From NCBI GenBank assembly GCA_965116735.1, contig OZ220712.1, positions 4,866,534 through 4,930,533 of the forward strand: DNA of 64,000 nucleotides, read 5' to 3'. Source of the stretch: Thermodesulfobacteriota bacterium. Lineage in GTDB: Bacteria; Desulfobacterota; Binatia; UBA9968; JAJDTQ01. Under the pieces are notes generated by a model, which worked only from the letters and a program-made list of their open reading frames with translations, searched no databases and was not told the origin of the DNA. Below are positions 59,027-64,000 of the stretch, piece after piece. The stretch's first letter is position 1; each line of letters opens with the position of its first letter. The position numbers and the translations under genes are program-made.

Positions 59027-59474
59027 CATGAGGATCCACCGCCTGCACTCGGAGCTGTGGCTGCCGCGAGAGCCCTCCGAGGTGTTCCCGTTCTTCGCCG
59101 ACGCCGCCAACCTTCAACGGATCACCCCGCCCTGGCTGCACTTCGAGATGCTCACGCGGGATCCCGTCAAAATGCGGGTGGGCACGCTCATCGATTACCG
59201 CCTGCGTATTCGGGGATTCCCCATCCGGTGGCGGTCGGAGATCACCGTCTGGGATCCGCCGCACCGTTTCGTGGACGAGCAAAGGCGCGGTCCGTATCGG
59301 CTCTGGGTGCACGAGCACACGTTCACGGCGCTGACCGGCGGCACCCTGGTGGGAGACACGGTGAGCTACGCGGTCCGTTTCGGCATGCTCGTCCACAAGT
59401 TCCTGGTGGCCCCGGACCTCCGCAGGATCTTCGAGTACCGAAAGCGACGTATCGAGGAACTGATCGGGAGCTAG
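59027..59474 (+). CDS. SRPBCC-family (polyketide cyclase/START-like) protein
   Basis: The 148-aa product has the characteristic W..E.....W pattern (ITVWDPPHRFVDEQRRGPYRLWVHEHTF). Confidence 0.7.
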
Positions 59475-59477
59475 CTG

Positions 59478-59628
59478 GCCCTCACCCCAACCCTCTCCCA
59501 GAGGGAGAGGGGGTCGGATTGGCCGCTCACGCAGCGGGGAGGGAGTCAGATCGGTCGCTCTCTCAGCGGGGGAAGGAGCCGGCGACTCCGAGCCCTCTCC
59601 CTCTGGGAGAGGGTTGGGTGAGGGTGCC
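59478..59628. repeat. composite palindromic element (MITE/REP-like): 33-bp inverted arms flanking two ~22-bp direct repeats
   Basis: Left arm gccctcaccccaaccctctcccagagggagaggg and right arm ccctctccctctgggagagggttgggtgagggtgc are near-perfect reverse complements. The internal direct repeats are cgctcacgcagcggggagggag and cgctctctcagcgggggaaggag. Confidence 0.7.
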
Positions 59629-59638
59629 CGGCCGGCCG

Positions 59639-60574
59639 CTATGGTTCGGGCATCCGGTGTGCGCCGAGAAAGCTCTGGCGCAGGACGTACTGGGCGCGGT
59701 GTTCGACCGCATGGCGCCGAATGAGCTCCAGGGGGGCGGACAGGCGGACCCGGCCCAAGTGATAGTCGTCCACCATCGCCGCAAGCCGTTGCCGGCTGTG
59801 TCGGTCCAGGTGTCTGGACAGGAAGCCCGTGAGATGCTGGAGCGCGTTGGTGTTGGTCTTTCTCGTCGCCGGCTGCTTCAGCGCTTCCATGAACGCGCTG
59901 CCGTAACGCACCGCCAAGGTCTCCGGCGAGCTCTTCCCGGCCTCGGCCAGGAGCCGCCCCAGAAGCCGCAGGTGCCGCTCGCTGTGCGCCATCAGGGCGA
60001 GCTTGTGGGAGGCATGGAAGTCCATGAGGCTCGACAACGACGGCCCGCTTCGGGTGCAGGCGAGCCATTCCCGGTACGCGTGGACGCGCTCGACGAAGTT
60101 CTCGCACCGCGGTGCATCGTCGAGGCGGTCTTCGGCTTCCACGGGCAGCAACGGGGCGGCATCGGCGAGCGCCCGGGCGAACAGCCCGTCGCCCTCGCTG
60201 TGATCTCCGCCGGACCGCGAGTAAACCGGAACCCGGTCCGGCCCGCAACTCGGGGAACCCTCCTTGAGAACGAAACCGGACACCCCGAGCCGCTCGATCT
60301 CGGCGGCCCGCCGGCGTCCGTACCGCCGCATGATCCCGGTCCAGTCCCGGCCCGAGCGCTTTCCCACCATGCGGGGCGCCCCGGGGTCTCCGACCAGGTC
60401 CACGGGCTCGCGCGGCACTCCCATCCCCACCTCCATCTCCGGGCACACGGCGACCATGTCAAAGAACTGCGACAACGTATCGGTCACGGTCCGGTGGCGT
60501 TTGTGGCCGCCGTCGTAGCGGACCCGATGGCCCAGGAGGCAACTACTGACGCCGACGCGGGGTTTAGCCAGCAT
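59639..60574 (-). CDS. DUF523/DUF1722-family protein (YbgA-like)
   Basis: Start MLAKPRVGVSSCLLG. A Cys-containing N-domain is followed by the helical DUF1722-like C-terminus. The long upstream ORF extension is ignored. Confidence 0.6.
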   Translation of the reverse strand: MLAKPRVGVSSCLLGHRVRYDGGHKRHRTVTDTLSQFFDMVAVCPEMEVGMGVPREPVDLVGDPGAPRMVGKRSGRDWTGIMRRYGRRRAAEIERLGVSGFVLKEGSPSCGPDRVPVYSRSGGDHSEGDGLFARALADAAPLLPVEAEDRLDDAPRCENFVERVHAYREWLACTRSGPSLSSLMDFHASHKLALMAHSERHLRLLGRLLAEAGKSSPETLAVRYGSAFMEALKQPATRKTNTNALQHLTGFLSRHLDRHSRQRLAAMVDDYHLGRVRLSAPLELIRRHAVEHRAQYVLRQSFLGAHRMPEP

Positions 60575-60827
60575 GATGGATCGAATATCTTGTGACGTTC
60601 GTGGGTAGGCTCCACACCCGTGTATCCTACCACAGGAGCGGGGCGAACGTGCGCGGGCGTTCCTGAACCAAGAAGCAGCGCCCATCCGGTGCCGGCCCGC
60701 GGCCGAGCGCTTCGCAGCCGGCAGGTTAAGCGGTAAGATGACAATAGGGTTGGCGCCCTCGGAGATGGAGTTCCCCGGCTTGGCGCGGGGCCGTGGCGCC
60801 CAGTTCGGGCCGGCCTGGAGGTGTCCC

Positions 60828-61823
60828 ATGATCAGGAGAGGTCTCCTCGTCATCGTCGTTCTTGCTCTGGCGGTTCCGGCGCATGTCTCCGGCCAGGAGT
60901 TCACCGCCGAGACCCTCGACGCCGTGGTGAAGATCCGCGCGGAGGTGCCGCCGGAGGCGCGCACGGCCGCTTCCCTCGGTCCGTTGCGGGAAGGCAGCGG
61001 CGTCCTCATCGACTCCAACGGCCTCGTCCTTACCATCGGCTACCTGGTTCTCGAGGCGTCGCACGTGGACGTCACCGACTCCCGCGGCAAGACCGTGCCG
61101 GCCCGGATCCTGGGTTACGATCATGCCACGGGGTTCGGCCTGCTCCGGGCCCGGTCTCCCTCGGGGGGGCTCCGGCCCCTGCCGCTGGGGTTGTCGGAGA
61201 ACCTGGGCCGGGGCGCGGAGGTGTTGGTCCTGAGCTACTCCGGCAACGGTCCTTCGGGGCAGGGGGCCTACGTGGTTTCGCGCCGGGAGTTCGCCGGCTA
61301 CTGGGAATACCTGCTCGAGCGCGCCATCTTCACCGCGCCCCACCACGCCAACTTCGGCGGCGCGGCCTTGATCGACAAGGGCGGCAACCTGCTGGGTATC
61401 GGCTCCCTCCAGGTGCCGGAAGCGATTCCCGGCCAACCGGTGCCGGGCAACATGTTCGTCCCCATCGACCTGCTGAAGCCGATCCTGTCGGACCTCGCGC
61501 AGAAGGGCAGCTCCGGCGCCAGGCGCAGGCCGTGGCTGGGCGCCCAGATGGAGGAGGTGGGGAGACACGTGGTGGTTCGTCGTATATCCAGGGGAGGGCC
61601 GGCGGCGCGTTCGGGCCTCGAGGCGGGGCAACTCATAGCCGGGGTGGCCGGCACACCGGTGGCGGGGCTCGCGGACCTCTACCGCAAGGTGTGGGCCCTG
61701 GGCGCGCCCGGAGTCAGCATCCCGCTCAACGTCCTCAAGGGGGTCCAGGTCGAAGAGGTGCAGGTCGTGTCGGGTGACCGCTACGACTATCTGCGATTGA
61801 AACCCACCGTCATGTCCCGCTGA
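60828..61823 (+). CDS. secreted trypsin-fold/PDZ protein lacking catalytic Ser and His (HtrA-like pseudoprotease)
   Basis: Signal peptide MIRRGLLVIVVLALAVPAHVSG. The HtrA GNSGGP motif is replaced by ANFGGA, and the His-position motif TNNHVV by TIGYLV. A PDZ-like C-terminus is present. Confidence 0.65.
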   Translation: MIRRGLLVIVVLALAVPAHVSGQEFTAETLDAVVKIRAEVPPEARTAASLGPLREGSGVLIDSNGLVLTIGYLVLEASHVDVTDSRGKTVPARILGYDHATGFGLLRARSPSGGLRPLPLGLSENLGRGAEVLVLSYSGNGPSGQGAYVVSRREFAGYWEYLLERAIFTAPHHANFGGAALIDKGGNLLGIGSLQVPEAIPGQPVPGNMFVPIDLLKPILSDLAQKGSSGARRRPWLGAQMEEVGRHVVVRRISRGGPAARSGLEAGQLIAGVAGTPVAGLADLYRKVWALGAPGVSIPLNVLKGVQVEEVQVVSGDRYDYLRLKPTVMSR

Positions 61824-61872
61824 CCATTGAACCGCGGCCGCGTTGCTCATCCTCGCGTGGCGTCGGCTACAC

Positions 61873-61902
61873 GGGCGGGTTTGAAACGAAACCCCCCCTA
61901 CA
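61873..61902. repeat. REP-like element family 1, variant copy
   Basis: acgggcgggtttgaaacgaaacccccctacaag lies downstream of the HtrA-like gene. Confidence 0.6.
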
Positions 61903-61962
61903 AGTTGACGCGCCTTGCCGACGGCGAGAATTCCTGCGCATATTCGTTAACGTACTTACGGA

Positions 61963-62841
61963 ATGCGACACCAGGAGAACGCCGTGACCGCCACCGAACG
62001 CCGCCGGCAGTACCGCAGCCTGCTCCAGGACTCCGGTTGTTATCACCCGGCTTCCGTCTTCGATCCCGTATCGGCCCGGCTCGCCGAGGCCGCGGGCTTC
62101 GAGATCGCCATGCTGGCGGGTTCCATGGCCTCGGCCACGGTGCTGGCGGCGCCGGACATCGTCGTGCTGACGCTGACGGAGTTGGCGGAGCAGGCGCGCC
62201 GCATCGTCCGGGCCGGACGGCTGCCGTTGATGGTGGACGCGGACCACGGCTACGGCAACGCTCTGAGCGTCATGAGGACGGTGGAGGAGCTGGAGGCGGC
62301 CGGCGTGGCGGCCCTGACCATCGAGGACACGCGTCTCCCCAGGAGGTTCGGCACGCAAGGGGACGAGTTCATCGCCCTGGAGGAATTCGGCGGGAAGATG
62401 CGCGCGGCGGCGGCGGCGCGGTCGGACCGGGAGCTGGTGATCCTGGGCCGGACCGGCGTGCTGCCGGCCCAGGGAGAAGAGGCGCTGGCGGAGCGCGTGA
62501 AGGCCTGCGAGGAGGCGGGAGCGGACGGCGTCTTCTTCACCGGGGTCCGAACCCGTGAGCAGGTCGCCGCCATCCGTGCCATGACCTCGCTGCCGGTGGT
62601 GTTGGGCACCACGCCGCCGGATCTCCATGACCGCGAGTTTCTCGCCTCCAACGGCGTCCGCATCGCCCTCCAGGGCCACATGCCGTTCCAGGTGGTGGTG
62701 CAGGCCCTGCATGTGTCCTACGAGCACCTGCGCGCCGGCCGCCCGCCCGCGGACCTCAAGGAAAGCGCTGCGGCGCCGGATTTGATGAAGCGCGTGCTGG
62801 GTCAGGACCGCTACGACGCCTGGACCGACGAGTTCCTGTAA
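61963..62841 (+). CDS. isocitrate lyase/PEP mutase-family enzyme (2-methylisocitrate lyase / oxaloacetate decarboxylase-like)
   Basis: The 292-aa TIM-barrel ICL/PEPM-family product has the active-site region LMVDADHGYGN. Confidence 0.8.
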   Translation: MRHQENAVTATERRRQYRSLLQDSGCYHPASVFDPVSARLAEAAGFEIAMLAGSMASATVLAAPDIVVLTLTELAEQARRIVRAGRLPLMVDADHGYGNALSVMRTVEELEAAGVAALTIEDTRLPRRFGTQGDEFIALEEFGGKMRAAAAARSDRELVILGRTGVLPAQGEEALAERVKACEEAGADGVFFTGVRTREQVAAIRAMTSLPVVLGTTPPDLHDREFLASNGVRIALQGHMPFQVVVQALHVSYEHLRAGRPPADLKESAAAPDLMKRVLGQDRYDAWTDEFL

Positions 62842-62930
62842 TCCCGCACCCCAGGGGAGTAGACAAGATTCAAGACTCCACCGCCACCAACGCGCGGCGT
62901 ATCGGCCAGGTCGCCCTCGGTTTCCTCCAC

Positions 62931-64000
62931 ATGGGCTTCAACCGAGGCATCCGGGGCACCTACGCGGTGTTCTACGTCGCCTTCCTCCAGGCCTTCGGGT
63001 GGTCCCGCGGGGTCACCGCCACGGCCCTGTCCATCTCGGTCCTGGCGGAAGGGTTTTCCATGCCGCTGGCGGGTTCCCTGGTGGACCGCTGGGGGTCCCG
63101 CAAGACCCTGGTGTTGGGCGGGTTGCTGCTGGCCGCGGGGCTGGCGTTCAGCGGCACGGTCTCGTCGCTTTGGCAGCTTTACCTGTGGGTCGGCGTGGTC
63201 ACGGCGCTGGGGCTCGGCCTCATGGGCATGGTGCCGCATGTCGCCATCATCGCGCGGCAGTTCAGCCGGCGCCGGGGCCTGGCCATGGGGCTCGCCTGGT
63301 CCGGCGGCGGGCTCGGGATCGCCGCCCTGCTGCCCGTGGCGCAACTCCTCGTCGACATCTGGGGTTGGCGGCTGGCCTACGCAGGCATGGGGGCGCTGTG
63401 CCTTGTCTTCGTGGTGTTGCCTTCGGGGGTTCTCATGCCCCGTGACAAGCCCGCGCCGCGGAAACGGGCGGAGCGGCGCGTTCCGGTGGAGGGGGAGTGG
63501 ACGGTCTGGGAGGCGTTGACCAGCACCATGTTCTGGCTGCTCTTCGTGTCTCGGGTGGTGGCCAGCATGGGCAACCAGATCATCACCAACCACCAGGTGG
63601 CTCACGCCGTGGATATCGGTTACACGCCGTTCTTCGCCGCTTCCGTCCTGGGCCTCATGGGGGTGTTCAGCATTTTCGGCCGGGTCCTCTTCGGTTATCT
63701 GACCGACGTGTTGAGCCACCAGATGGTTTACACGCTGGTACAGGCCGTCTCGTCGGTGGGGATCCTGGCTCTGGTGGCGGCCGACAGCACCGCTTACCCC
63801 GTGCTGTTGTATACGTACGCGGCCTGCTACGGGCTCGGCCAAGGGTCGAGGGCGCTGGTGCTTTCCGCCATCTCCGCCGACGTTTTTCTGGGCCGTGACT
63901 TCGGGGCGATCTACGGGTACTTTACCATGAGCATCGGCATCGGCGGCGCCGTGGGAATATGGCTCGGCGGCTTCCTGCACGACGTGTTCGGCAACTATAC
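62931..64000 (+). CDS. MFS transporter (3' end beyond window)
   Basis: The open frame runs to the window edge. MFS motif A GSLVDRWGSRKT lies between TM2 and TM3, and there are 10+ TM helices. The gene is absent from the ORF track only because no stop falls within the window. Confidence 0.7.
   Translation, partial: MGFNRGIRGTYAVFYVAFLQAFGWSRGVTATALSISVLAEGFSMPLAGSLVDRWGSRKTLVLGGLLLAAGLAFSGTVSSLWQLYLWVGVVTALGLGLMGMVPHVAIIARQFSRRRGLAMGLAWSGGGLGIAALLPVAQLLVDIWGWRLAYAGMGALCLVFVVLPSGVLMPRDKPAPRKRAERRVPVEGEWTVWEALTSTMFWLLFVSRVVASMGNQIITNHQVAHAVDIGYTPFFAASVLGLMGVFSIFGRVLFGYLTDVLSHQMVYTLVQAVSSVGILALVAADSTAYPVLLYTYAACYGLGQGSRALVLSAISADVFLGRDFGAIYGYFTMSIGIGGAVGIWLGGFLHDVFGNY

Overview
This is a 64 kb, gene-dense, high-GC (about 65-70%) bacterial chromosomal segment, probably from a diderm organism, since it encodes a TolC-like outer-membrane factor and two MacAB/FtsX-type ABC systems. 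Most of it is housekeeping:
- pth, a membrane H+/Na+-pyrophosphatase, and an rpsF-rpsR-DUF2232-rplI block
- a split transketolase, trpBA, argS, surE, panE, ppk2, and a cyclophilin
- a YdiJ-like FAD/Fe-S dehydrogenase, a threonine-synthase-like gene, and several hydrolases and oxidoreductases

Five things stand out.
1. A seven-gene minus-strand cluster (8150-15238) encodes two succinate:quinone oxidoreductase/fumarate reductase-like modules back to back. One is a cytochrome-b anchored SdhCAB; the other is a non-covalent-FAD flavoprotein + Fe-S subunit + HdrB-like CCG-domain subunit + 67-aa ORF.
2. A low-GC (about 50-55%) accessory island (about 16.2-20.1 kb) sits between udg and an ABM monooxygenase gene. 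It carries an HTH(excisionase-family)-PIN pair translationally overlapped with a 399-aa unknown protein that has a PD-(D/E)xK-like motif and is apparently frameshifted at a G6 run. It also carries a DUF2513-like gene, an XRE-type antitoxin-like gene and an orphan HigA-family antidote gene. This is the best candidate for an undescribed toxin/defence module.
3. A decayed type I restriction-modification locus (44.9-46.8 kb) keeps only an hsdS tail and hsdR fragments. They flank an intact Schlafen/AlbA_2-HATPase_c_4-HTH gene that contains a perfect 12-bp x6 tandem repeat.
4. An IS110-family element lies immediately upstream of trpBA, with a structured 5' non-coding region that may be a bridge RNA.
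5. Two families of REP-like palindromic repeats are present, including one composite MITE-like copy.

Three conserved genes show probable frame disruptions: the sdhA 3' end, the TolC-like signal-peptide region, and the island's 399-aa gene. No rRNA, tRNA or CRISPR array was found. Coordinates derived from line counting may be off by 1-3 nt.
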